Shown: one piece after another, positions 1-11,660 of the stretch
Position numbering within the stretch: position 1 is the first letter of the stretch
How the letters are laid out: each line of letters starts with the position of its first letter
The notes under the pieces: model-generated
Databases searched by the model: none
The model's input: the letters and a program-made list of their open reading frames with translations, nothing else
Told to the model about the DNA's origin: nothing
Made by a program: the position numbers and the translations under genes
From: Camelus ferus
Lineage: Eukaryota
DNA: 64,000 nt
NCBI RefSeq assembly: GCF_009834535.1
Contig: NC_045697.1
Span: forward strand, 78,618,001-78,682,000
Direction of reading: 5' to 3'

Positions 1-295
1 CTTTCAGAGACCCCTGGGATCAACCTACTATGCCTGGGCTAGCCTGCTAGTTCCAGAAGTAATGTAAGGAATACATGAGACCTAGCCGAGCTGCTGCTAT
101 AGAGACCAATTAAGATGATCTGAGCTCCAGTGAGCCCCAAAGCTCTTGAGCAAGGTCAGCTAAGATTAGTGGAGCCACACAGCTGTGCTGGGCTTAGATC
201 CACTGATTCCAACTGTCCAGATAAACACCTAAATAAATGTTCAATACTGTAGACTGCTGTGATTTTGTGGTAGTTTACTACACAGCAGTATGATG
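1..295 (+). mobile_element. MaLR LTR fragment (MLT1-type), 3' part
   Basis: Typical MLT1 3' end: 'taaataaatg...ctgctgtgattttgtggtagtttactacacagca'. Upstream 'gcctgggctagcctgct' resembles MLT1F-like consensus. Confidence 0.6.
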
Positions 296-599
296 ATTGT
301 TTTCATTGGAAACAACAAATGTGGTATGGATATAGCACTATATCATTTCATGGTTGCAGCTACATGGAATCATAATCCGGTACTTTAGGATGGTAATTAG
401 ATTGGTCTCCAGTGTAAAATCAGAAGGCTTTTTTAAAAATGTGCTTGCTTGTGTGTGTGTTTTGTTGGTTTTGTTTTTACTTTGTGAGAGAAAAAGATAA
501 ATATTTTTTATAATAGTTGACAAATTTAGACGAGTGTGCACTGAGGTGAGGATAGAAGTATGGGACAGGTGTTATTCTGAGTGTCATCTACCTTTCTAT

Positions 600-860
600 A
601 TAGCCTTTAGCTTAGCTGTTCTCTTCTTTGAAGACTTCTTGCCTTCTCAAATCTGGGTTAATTGTCCTCTTAAGTATTTTTAGAATACTCTTTTACCCTC
701 AAGGTAGACTTTGTATTTATTTATGTGCTTCTTTATTTATCTAAACTACTAGGTCTATGAGGAAAGGGACACATTTTTATCATTCCTTGTTGTAAGTCCA
801 ACACTAAATATAGTCCAGTCCCATAGGTGGCCCTCAATAAACACTTTTTAATATGAAGTA
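600..860 (+). mobile_element. L2 LINE 3' end fragment
   Basis: 'ctatgaggaaagggacacattttt...cataggtggccctcaataaac' resembles the L2 3' terminus. Confidence 0.5.
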
Positions 861-3802
861 ATATGGACTTTCATTCTAAAAATATTTATTCTCTCATTTG
901 CCCTTTGCTAATAGATATTAACTAATTTTAGGTATTTTAGATTCAGGTCATGTTAATTTTTTCTTTCTAAAGTGGTTATCTTTTATTATCATTATAAGAG
1001 AAAACAGACTGAAGGTAACAAAATTCCCAAATATGGATGTTTAAACAATGAAAAGGAAAAGTCTCTCTCCTACATTCATTTCTAGTTTTTTTATTCTTTG
1101 ATGGTTATTTAAATAATTCAAATAACTATGCTTATACCTTAATTTCTAAACATACACATTTAGATATTATCAATAGTTTCACCTCAATAAAAATATTAAT
1201 TATACTGCCTTACGCCACTACATCCCTTCTCCTAAAAATAGTATGCAGATACTTTTTAACTTTTTTCATTTTTTATTTTAGTACGTAATACCTTAAGTAA
1301 TGTATTCAAACCTCCATTTCTCATTCCATCATTGCAGATTATATTTCCTGACTCCCAGGTTTGGAAGATATAAATGATAGGTTGCAGCAGGTCTAGAAGG
1401 TGATCATGCCATCTGTGTTAAAACAGAAAATCAGAGGCTTTGAGATAAAGGTCCTCAGAAAAGAGTGGATTCCAGTTTGATCTGGTATAATTAAGTAGGT
1501 CTGTGTTCACAATGATAAAGTATAGCTAGATGTTGCTTTTTACAGACAAGAGAAAATAAAGACAATTGGAAATTCCAGGGGGAGAGGAACTGTAAAATAA
1601 CACCATGAGCCTAATATAAGCGAAACTAAGATGTTATGTGACTCAGTGACCAATGGAGTACATTTCCTATTCAACAGACCTACCTAATCAAATAAACTTA
1701 ATTCTGATCTAAATAACATTTTATACTATTATATTTTAAACTCTTTACTTGCTTTCAATGATCAGAATCATCTTATAGATTTTTGAATCAAGGAAAGTGA
1801 TTCTAGTTACAACAGAAGATCTAATTACAATAAAAGGTAATGGTATGACAGAAGAAGAAGGCTGTGGAAACAAGGAAAGGCAGAGAAGGCAGGGTACGAT
1901 AATAAATAACGATTTTTAGAAGAAAGAAGTTCTCGAGGACGGTCACTAAAATAAATTTAATTGATGTAATATCCACATGTTTTAATACTTCTGAAATAAA
2001 ATTTTCTCAAAAATTACTTAAATTGATTATTAACAGACCCAAAATTCATGTTCCTAAATTATTTCCATTTATGGAAATTAATAATTTTTGGTTAACCAGA
2101 AAATTTTCATAGTTTTATGCCACTGTTAAACAAATTTTTCAGGGAAATTGGGTTTTCTATGTTACATTAGGAATTCCAACTTTAAAAATTCCCTTCAAAA
2201 ATATGTACTGAAAAAATAAATAAATAAAAGATTACATTTATAATCTCAAACAAATCCTTCCCATCATTTCACAATACCAATGCTACTAATATTATTCACA
2301 TATTCACATATATATTTATTCATATATATGTGTGCATACATAAGTATGTGTACATCATCATGTAGTCTGAACACCAATGAAATATAGCAGAGAGTGAACA
2401 ATTACACTATGAAACAAACTAAGATATTGCTATGCAAATATTTTTTTTTAAATAGGGGATCTCATTTTTAATTTTATAAAATTTTAATTTAATAATCTAT
2501 AGTAATTGATATTTGGTAACTTGCCTAGCAGATGAAATGAATGTAAATAATCAAAGAGTTTATAAAACCACAGTTGGGCCCTGATGTTCACATGTGTCCT
2601 GAGTATCATGAGGTTGGATGCCTGGGACCCCACAACTGTTACTCAAATGCAATCTGTCAGACAGGAACAGGTGGACCTGATAGAGTTTCAGTATACCCAA
2701 AACTTTGTAAAATCATTTTTAATGAAAACTTACATTCTTGTAACAGCCTTATTTTCAAGAGTATACATTCCTTTTATGAGAATTAAAGTTTGAAAATTAA
2801 TCCATGTCATGGGTCATTCCATTAAAATTAATTCTAAATCTGGATCTTAAACAGAATGGCATAATGGAAAGTATAATAGCTGACATGAGAGACCTAGGTT
2901 TCTGCATTCATATTTCTAGACTTCCAGCAATCTCATCTCTAAGATAAAGCATTGATTAGATAGTCTCTAAAATCTCTTGAAAAATCAAACATCCCATTGT
3001 ATTTAAAGAATGGGAAGGCAGACTGGAGGTGTCTCTTTGAAGGGTCAAGGGAGACAGTTTCTTCTTCAATATTTTCTTTGTTCCCTGTTATCTTAAAAGA
3101 ATTAAAAAGTAACTTCTCTCTAGAAAAACAAAATTGAATATCTTAATATTAAATAAACTTAAAACATTATTTAAAATTATAAATTATATGATTTTGAGTA
3201 ATAACAGTTAAGAAACTATACCTCTAGAAAATTACTCCAAAAGATACAGATTTTACATAATCTACTTTGTTTCCTAGAAGTCATTCATAAACTTCGTTTC
3301 CTTTCATTTGGGGGTGTTTTTATTTTAACATTGGCTTGATCATACTTATGAGTATTTATCATCATTCTTTTAGAAAGGTACCTCTCAAACAATGTAAACC
3401 CACATAGAGAATCGATAAAAATCAGGGATTGTTTTATAAAGAAAGTTTTTTCTTTTTGCAGTTTAAATAAATGAATCTCAAAATAGAAACAAAAGATTTT
3501 GAGTCACACAGCATGTAAACAGAATATTTTCTTCTGGTCCTAACTTTAATACATGGAACATTAGGAGAACACACATTTAAACTGCATGATCCCAAGAGAA
3601 ACTGCTTTCAGAAACCATTCAGTAATCTCTTCCTTTTTTACACTGAAAAACAAAAGGACATAAGTCTGTGAAAAGCTCAAGTTTTAAGAGGCCTGGTGCA
3701 ACTGAAATTTTTTTGTAGAAATTTTCCTATCTCTCTATATTTTACCTTACAGAAATTGCTGCAATAGGAATAGATTTGAAACAAGAAGAAAGTCCACTGG
3801 AT

Positions 3803-3880
3803 TTTTTTTTTTACAACAGCTCTGTTGAGATAAAATTCATATACCATAAAATTCACTACTTTAAAGTACACAATTCAGTG
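3803..3880 (-). mobile_element. 5'-truncated L1 (L1MB-type) 3' end
   Basis: Poly(T) followed by 'cagctctgttgagataaaattcatataccataaaattcactactttaaagtacacaattcagtg'. Imperfect TSD: gtccactggatttt (3792-3805) and gtcctattggatttt (3881-3895). Confidence 0.7.
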
Positions 3881-4639
3881 GTCCTATTGGATTTTAACAG
3901 GTTGGTAAACTCCAATATTATACCCTGATTTAATAATGCTACAAATATAAACAAAAACAAGAAGGAAAACAGAATCCTGGATGAAAAATAAGTGTGGTAA
4001 GGAAATTCCTATATATTGATAAAAGTTTTATATTCTTAGAAGAAATGGACTATTTCAGATAAAGGGGTTAAATATCTCAAAGCCATGAAGAAAATGAGAA
4101 GATACTTCTGAAGCAATAGTAAAGACAACTAACTAATAAAGAAATATCCCAAATTTGTAAATTATAAAAAAGTTGATTTGAAACACGTGTTTATTAACAA
4201 GACCTACCTCTGGTCTCTAAGAACACAAATGGCTTTAGATTTTTTTCTACTTTCCTATGTTTTCTACATTGATTTAGTTTTTTAATAACCAGAAATAAAC
4301 ACTATTAAAATTGCACAATCTCTTCAATATTGCATAGGAAAACAAAACAAAATTTGGCCTTCTTTTCCCTCTATTCTCCAATGCCAAAGTTAAAAAAAAA
4401 GTTACATAGTAAATCATGGTTTTGCCTTTCTCAGAAGGCTGACATGGGCTGCCTTTAGAAAGAAATTCAAGGGACACAGCTTTCACAATCTGATTCCATT
4501 TTCTGTTTGCAGATTTATCTCCCAATTGTTCTTCCAATGAGTCAGTTCTTGACTCTGGTCAATTTATAATTGTCTTCTGAACAAATCAAATAAACACTTT
4601 ATTGTAAATATTTGTTCAATAAGCCCTCCCATTTACTCT

Positions 4640-4950
4640 CTCTGAACCATTTACCCAGGTTCTATTCTCACTTCTGCTTCAAGATCAAGTCCTATCTTTT
4701 CCCTCCCTCTCTGAGTATGTCTATATAGCATCCTCTCTTCTCTAAATCTCTGTAGTATTTGTTTCTGTAACTCTTATTTCGGCACTAAGTTACATACAAC
4801 TTTGCCCTGTTGTTGTAGCCTCCATGTTTAATGTGCATTTTTTTTTCACTAGACTATAAGCAATTGAGAGGTTTGAATTCATCTTTTTCATTACTAAAAG
4901 TTGTATGTCCATGCAGAGATGTCTAATAAGAACCTATTGGTTTAACTGAG
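4640..4950 (+). mobile_element. Degenerate L2 3' region
   Basis: 'ttcactagactataagcaattgagagg...ctaataagaacctattggtttaactga' resembles the L2 3' end. Confidence 0.4.
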
Positions 4951-6149
4951 TACATAAAAGAAAGCAAGAGTTCATTACTTTTGGAAGTATCATACCTGGT
5001 ACGTGGGGAGAAAAGAGAAAGTCATACCAAAGAAGATAAGAACTATATGTCCAGTAAGACTTCAAGGGACTAGTAAAGCCTTGAGCAATTAAATACATAA
5101 ATTCCAGTAAGAACTATATGTAAAAAAGACACATCTGCCATTGCAAGTTCAAGGACTGGATTTAAAATCATTTTCCCCCTTAGGATTGTTAGGAGTCAGA
5201 CGAAGCAGGAGAAGGAGACACGGGCGGTAAGTACCATTAACCAAAGTCAAATCAGAGCTCCATCCCTCACTGTCCTTCAAGTAAAAGTAAGAAAATCAAT
5301 TAATAAAGATCAATTGGACCATTAATAGAGGTGCTACAAGAAGGCTGGGAAAGTGAGGGAGGTTCAGTAATCATGGTCAGATCCCAAAGCACTGGGAGAC
5401 GTGGGCCTGGAGCAGGAGATTGTTATTGTGAACTTGTATTTGATGCAGAAATCCAATTATGGGGACCAGAGCAGCAAGGTCAGAATACTGAGAAAGAAAT
5501 TCAATACTTTTTCCAAACTAGAGACAAAATTTAAACTAAAGGTTGGATTGGAGCTCAGCCTTCAGCCAGGGAACAAGCAGAGCAAACTGCCATGACATGA
5601 GTAGACAAATACAAAACCTATTAGAGGAAGCTGCCATTGACCAAATTTTAAATAGACAAATTCATCTTGTGCCTGCAATCTGCAGTTAACATTTATATTT
5701 TCCCCTTTTGCCTTACTTCCTGATAACTGAATCTTGAACAGAGTGATGCAGTGACCAAAACAGTTGGAATGGATTCATTCTGAGAGAAGTACCCTGAGTT
5801 TCCTTTAGTCTTTCCCTAGAACCTGGGATTGTCCCAGATTCCTGTCCTTCCTAAGATAAACTCTGCTTTTGCTCTAATTCTGTAAGCTATTTATATCCTT
5901 TTACTGCATTCCTTTTTTGTGAAGGTAATTAGAATTGGACAGATTTGAACCAATATCACTAACTCATGTGTAATCTTATAAAACAATGTCAAATAATGTT
6001 CATTCATATCCGTGTTTAGAGTTGTATGCATTAAGCATGTAAGACTAAAATATTATTAATTTCACCAAATACCATCACTAATATTTTACACAAGGAAAGC
6101 AGCAAACACTGACTTTACAGACCAGTTATTCTTAAACAGTGATATATTT

Positions 6150-6245
6150 CTTTCATTATATAATCTCCTTTTGTATTTGTACCTTAGTGTTTAGAAAAGT
6201 ACTTGGCACATAGTGAGACTCTGCTAAACATTTATTGAATAAGTG
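6150..6245 (+). mobile_element. L2 3' terminus
   Basis: 'agtacttggcacatagtgagactctgctaaacatttattgaataagt' is a canonical L2 tail. Confidence 0.5.
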
Positions 6246-6569
6246 TGTTTCTTTTAGGAATACTTCACCTGTCCATTAAATCCAACCACGATCTATGTTC
6301 CTGAGAACTTAAATAATACAGGGACTTTTACTTGATGCTAAAGAGTTAAGGATTTATTATCAAAGCAAATTGTTAATGATATTGAAAAAGGAAATGTGTA
6401 AGTAAAGTGCTGAGAATAATTTAAAAACTAATTATCAGAAAGAATAGGCTGTTGGCTGGAAACTCTGACCCGCTGTATGTATGTGCTCGCTCACCTAAAA
6501 AGTGCTAGGCAGCCCCAGTGAGATGGGTCTTATACGCTCCATGCGTACCTCTTGCCTCAATTTAAGAAC

Positions 6570-6840
6570 AGGGAACTGTGAGCGGCAGTAGTCTGGCTGA
6601 TATTAATTCCCGGGCCCAGGGAAAGAGGCAATTTATCAGATAACTGGGTCCCAAGCCATACAGGGTCTTAGAAATTAAAATGTTCACCTTGAATTGCACT
6701 CAGAAGCGAAAAGGCAATCAGCGCAGACACCAGAGCACAGGTATAACACGCTTCATGTAGCCAATCTAGTTAAGCAAGCAGCCCACAGCATTTTCAGAGT
6801 CTGAAGCTTCCGAGTGGTCTCTTAAGTGTTATTCCACACG
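6570..6840 (-). mobile_element. Ancient L2-clade LINE, C-terminal ORF2 fossil
   Basis: Minus-strand translation gives TTRKLQTL, a frameshift, then NAVGCLLN*IGYMKRVIPVLWCLR*LPFRF*VQFKVNILISKTLYGLGPSYLINCLFPWARELISARLLPLTVP. This matches the L2 ORF2 post-RT motif KLQxxQNAAARLL...ITPVLxxLHWLPxxxRxxFKxxxLxxKxLxGxxPxYL. Confidence 0.75.
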
Positions 6841-7690
6841 AAGCTTGGAGCTTGAATTGAATACAAATGTTCACGTGTTTGAGGATGTCTCCTGGAAGAA
6901 ATGATTTTTAAAGAGAAAACAAATGAAAACCCCTATGAAACAGGCTCCAGAGAATTTGCTAAAATCAAAGGGCACCAGAAAACCAAAACGTACTATTAAA
7001 ATAATGAGCAAGAGAGTTTTAAGACATTATGTCCAACACATCTGTAAGTTCTTATAACATTCGTACTTCCTTCCCAAACTGGAAAACCACTGGAGACATT
7101 AAGTGTGCTGACTATGTCCACCCAGAGTTCATCCTCACTTTTTAAGGTGGGAAATAGTGTTTACTATCACAATTGAAGTCAGAGCTGAACAAACTCATTT
7201 AATAATGGAAGCATGTGGAAAGGCTCCCACAAGGGCACAGGGTCCTTCTAATATCCAGGGGTCAGTGTAAGAAGCACATTGGATAAACACAAGAGAATGG
7301 CTCGTGGTTTAAGTATCAGGTTCGACATTTTGAGACTCCTTTGGACATTTGGTTTAAATCCCCTTGTGGTTAGTAGAGCCTTTCAGTGGTAGATAAACTC
7401 AATTTCTGCCTTTCCTTTTATGATCTGTAGTTCCCTGCCTCTCTGCTCTGCTTTGGTGGAACACAAAAGTTCCATATGTACCTTACCTGCAGTGGGAGCA
7501 CATGCTGAGGGCCTTACTGATTTACCTTCACACTGAAACCCATAGATAGGAGAAAGCAGACCCCAGGACAGGCTTCTGTTTATAGAAATTAGAGGTAGAA
7601 AGTTTTATTTTCCATATTCAAAACCATAGACAGAAAAGATTTTACTGAAATATGACTCATTTTCCCAGTACTACTTAATATTAGAAGGCA

Positions 7691-7765
7691 TTGAATCACT
7701 ATGTTGTACACCTGAAATTAATATAATGTTGAAAGTCAATTATACTTCAATAAAAAGGGGGAAAA
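7691..7765 (+). mobile_element. Short 5'-truncated L1 3' end (laurasiatherian type)
   Basis: 'tgaatcactatgttgtacacctgaaattaatataatgttgaaagtcaattatacttcaataaaaa'. The same terminus occurs in the L1s ending near 32600 and 53010. Confidence 0.7.
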
Positions 7766-8913
7766 AGAAAGTCAAATCATAAAAAAGCATTCAGATATTA
7801 AATAGGTGCTCCTGATAATTTCTAGAAAATTCAAACAGCAATTTAATATATAATTATTGAAAGCAAAGCAAAGTATCTGCTCTGAGAAGGAACATCTTTC
7901 CTACAGTGTTGACATAATAAGAAGGGTCATCAAAAATTGCAAAATACAGGAGAGAGATACAAAACAAACTACTTAACACAGAAAGTACGGGTGGCCTGTT
8001 ATCTTTGCCGAGAAAAATGCTTAAAGTAACTATTAACACTTCTGAAAGAAACTGTCACTATGAAACAGTCTTAGAGCCACAGATGTTTACCAATTATCAT
8101 CACACGTGATAATTTCCAAGTTATTCAGAAGTGACTAAGGATGATTCATTTAGAATCACCTTTCTCAGTAACACTGACACTGTTCTTCACTGTATTCAAA
8201 TTTCAAACTCAATTAATTTAGCCTAATAATTAGAATCCTTTGAGTATAGTTTAAATCAAAACAAAGTCATCTAATGCTTGTTCATTTTCTTTCATGGCGC
8301 TATTAGAGTGATCTTTGATTTCTTACCAGCTTTAGAGCCAAGTGTACGCTTTCCTTAACTTATATTTATCTAGAAGATTTATCTATTTGTCTAGAAGACT
8401 TGCACTATTTTATAATGCTTTCTTGACAAATGCTTGAACTTGGGAAAAAATTCATGTAAGCTTTGTCTCATTCACTGATAAAAGCCAGCAGAAATAAGTG
8501 AAAATATTAAGGTCCCTGGCTTCTTTAGTAATCTTTAATAAGGAAAAAAATTACGTACATTGAGAAACTATATACTGGGATACATACAGAGTTCATAGCT
8601 ACTCAGTCACTGATGTCAACTTTAGCTAATGTGATGCTGTGTGCATTAATACATTAATCTTGATAAGAACATACATGTTTCAATACACTGATTCTCAGGG
8701 TGTGGGGAACTGTGTTAAGATTATAGTGAAGACATATATTCATATATGTATATGTATAACATATATATTCTTCTTAGAACTTCTTAGAACTTCCTAGTCC
8801 TAATTTTTGCCCTATTTCTCTTGCGAGTTTCAGGAAGCTCAAACCCAGACACCTCTTCCTTATCTTTCTATGTCCGAGAGAGAATAGTCAGGTGCTATAA
8901 AGGAAGTCTAGAG

Positions 8914-9085
8914 CAGTGTTGTCCAACAGTACTTCCTGCAATGCCCAAAATGTTCTACAATCCGTGGCATCCAATACGGTAGCCATGAGTTTTATGCAGC
9001 TATTAAGCACCTGGAAGATGGCTCGTGGGACTAAAGAACTGAGCTTTTATTTTTATCTAACTTGAATTTATTTAAATTTGATTTC
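8914..9085 (+). mobile_element. MER3 (hAT-Charlie MITE), left portion
   Basis: 'cagtgttgtccaacagtacttcctgcaatg...tccaatacggtagcca...ctattaagcacctggaagatggct...gactaaagaactgag' follows MER3 consensus. Preceded by gtctagag. Confidence 0.8.
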
Positions 9086-9109
9086 TGGAAATCTCATTTG
9101 GTTCACAAC

Positions 9110-9283
9110 TTGCTTATGTAAATAACTTTTTATTAAAACAGTCATTTCCATTTATTTACATACTGTCTATAGCTACACTTGTGCTAAACAGCAGAGTAAA
9201 ATTATTTCTATGGAGACTGTATGACCCACAAAATCAAAAATACATATTACCTCATCCTTTATAGAAAAAGTTTTCTGACTCTA
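9110..9283 (+). mobile_element. MER58A (hAT-Charlie MITE), right portion
   Basis: 'tgtaaataactttttattaaaacag...tactgtctatagcta...gagactgtatgacccacaaa...cctttatagaaaaagttttctgactcta' follows MER58A to its terminal repeat. Followed by ctctagag. Confidence 0.8.
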
Positions 9284-9589
9284 CTCTAGAGGATTCTTTT
9301 CAGTTTGGGACTGTTCAGGGATTTCCAGCTGTCTAACTGAGTTTTATGAGCTCTTCAAAATGGTAGAGAACCTCTAACCACAACCCTCCGTGACTTGACA
9401 GTTTGATTAAAGTTGTAGAGATTTCTTGATGTCCTTTACATTCTAGATAAATGTATTCCAGGCTTATTTTGCCTTTCATAACTTGTGACGCACACCAACT
9501 GGGAGGTTTTCTAGGAGGAAGTGGAAAGGTTTGGTTTATTAGAGAGCACTGACTAACTGAGAATAGGAAAGACATCCCTTATCCATCTA

Positions 9590-9685
9590 CGCATCTCTAA
9601 TGAGCACACAGGAGGTGCTCTGTAACTACTGGTTGAATGAATGAATGAATGAATGAAGTGTACGGATGAATCAAATAAATGAATC
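9590..9685 (+). mobile_element. L2 3' tail with (GAAT)n
   Basis: 'gcacacaggaggtgctctgtaactactggttgaatgaatgaatgaatgaatgaa'. Confidence 0.55.
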
Positions 9686-10379
9686 TCACTACCCTCAAAA
9701 ATAGTAACAGGTCATCTTGTGCTTTCTTCTACTACTGGAATGTTTCTGTCATATTTATCACTGATTGGACAGAAACTCATGAGGATTATGTGTAACTATC
9801 ACATTATCAAAACAGATTCAGATTAATTTCTCCTTTAAAATAATATGCAATTAGAAAATGTAAAACTCTTTTTTAAAGTTTATATTACTAACATCAATAA
9901 TTAGATGCATTACATGAATAAATTAGTTCCCTGGCTAAACAAATTTGGGCCACAGGTGACATTATGATGCCATTTTGGAAAAAAAAAATCTATCTTTTCT
10001 TTCTATACTGAATTTTGATTGGTTTATCATCCCCTGCTCCATACACAATCATTTCATACAGTTCATTATCTTCATTTCTTTCAGGAGATGCTAGTAAATG
10101 GTATACTTTCAGTATGATATAAAATTATATACAGGTTTTTTTAAAGTGATAATTAAAAGAAAGAGGCATTGGCAGCTTTCTTAAAAGTCAGTTTCCTTCT
10201 TATATATGTAAATCAAAATCCCAATGATAGCATTTATTGGTTAAAAAAATGCAAAGCTAATGTTCTATTTGACAAAAATTTTTCTGTTGAATAAGCTTTT
10301 AGTCATTATCATCTGATAACAAGAAATTGTATTTTAGGTGGACTTTAACTCTTGGTTCCCTCTGTAGTATACACTGCTC

Positions 10380-10660
10380 TATACTTCTGAGACTCGACTC
10401 ATTTTCTCCCATGTATTGGGAACACTCTTTCCCTTTATTTATCTGGCCAACTTCTAAGCATCCTTTAAGATTGGACTGGGCATTGTCATCTTTAAAAAAT
10501 CCGAGGCAGAACTGAGTGCCCCTTCCAGCACCTATACATCCTTCAATCAGTGAACTTGCTTCTTTCCTGAATCGAAATCATCTCTTAATATGTTTATCTC
10601 TCCACCTAGATTTCGAGCTGCTTGTAAGTTCCTTGAAGGCAAAGATTCAATTCCAGTGGA
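10380..10660 (+). mobile_element. L2 fragment
   Basis: 'ggaacactctttccc...ctggccaacttctaagcatcctttaag...tgtttatctctccacctaga...ttccttgaaggcaaaga'. Confidence 0.45.
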
Positions 10661-11129
10661 TACTTTCTAAATAAAACAGAATCCATTCAACACAGAGACA
10701 GAAATCTGCCTAAAATCACTAAGCAATTATGTGAATCAGTTTTTAGTAGGCAAGTCTCCAAATAAACGACATTCATATGAATGATAATAGAGAGGCAGGT
10801 GTGACATTATTTCTGAAATTGAAATTTTTAGTGAATTTCTGAAAAGGGTCCCTAGAGTCATAATCCAAGTTTAAAAAGCATGCATTTTTAAAATCTATTT
10901 TATGTATATAATTTTGGGACACTGAGTTTGTTAACTTTATAAATTATATTGTAAACTTACTTGACAAATAAATTTGGGGTCTACTTCAGTTTTAATCCCA
11001 CTTTATTAAATTTATCTCCATGTAACATTTCACCCTAACACCTATTTCCTCTTTTAAAATTTCTTTTTTCTTTATTTTCATCACTGTTTTGATATTTATT
11101 TATTTACCACCTTTTAATAATTATTTTTC

Positions 11130-11460
11130 TCCTTTTTAACTCTCTTGTATTTGGACATCTTTCCTCATCTCTCTATCAGTACTCTAAAAAAACCCACACT
11201 ATCCTATATAGAGTTTCTCAAATTCAGTCCCAAGCACATTTATAACTGTTTGCAAGGCATCTCCACTAGGCTGTACTGCCAATATCTACAATGCAACACT
11301 ATCTAAAATGCAGCAAGATTTTAACCACACTTTTCATCTGGGCATCTACCTCCCTCCTCCAACCTTACTCTAAAGATCCTCTCATCCTAAATTCTTTTTT
11401 TTTTTTTTTTGATTAATCATACTACCTAAGTTTGAACCTTGAAGTACTCATTGGCTTCCC
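11130..11460 (+). mobile_element. L2 internal fragment
   Basis: 'aactgtttgcaaggcatctccactaggctgtactgccaatatctacaatgcaacact' resembles the L2 ORF2 3' region. Confidence 0.4.
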
Positions 11461-11504
11461 CAACCCAAACAGCAGTCTCTCTCTCACACACACACACGAC
11501 TAAA

Positions 11505-11660
11505 TTTATTGTGCACTTAATATGGTGCAAACATGGTCTAGGCCATGTTTAATAGGCATATATATATATTTATCACCCACAACATCCCTATACAATAAGT
11601 ATCTTGTCTCCATGTTACATATTAGAAAACTGAAGCTTGTCAAGGTCTCACAGCAGTGCA
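11505..11660 (-). mobile_element. MIR SINE fragment
   Basis: 'atttattgtgcactta...cacaacatcccta...ccatgttacatattagaaaactgaagct...aaggtctcacagc' is an antisense MIR core. Confidence 0.55.

Noticed and set aside
5187..5597. TGT...ACA-bounded, GC-richer segment as a solo LTR
   Set aside because: No TSD (aggat versus tgagt) and no family recognised. It may be an old LTR but I cannot support it.
6483..6495. gtgctcgct resembling the U6 snRNA 5' end
   Set aside because: Only 9 nt match and the rest of U6 is absent.
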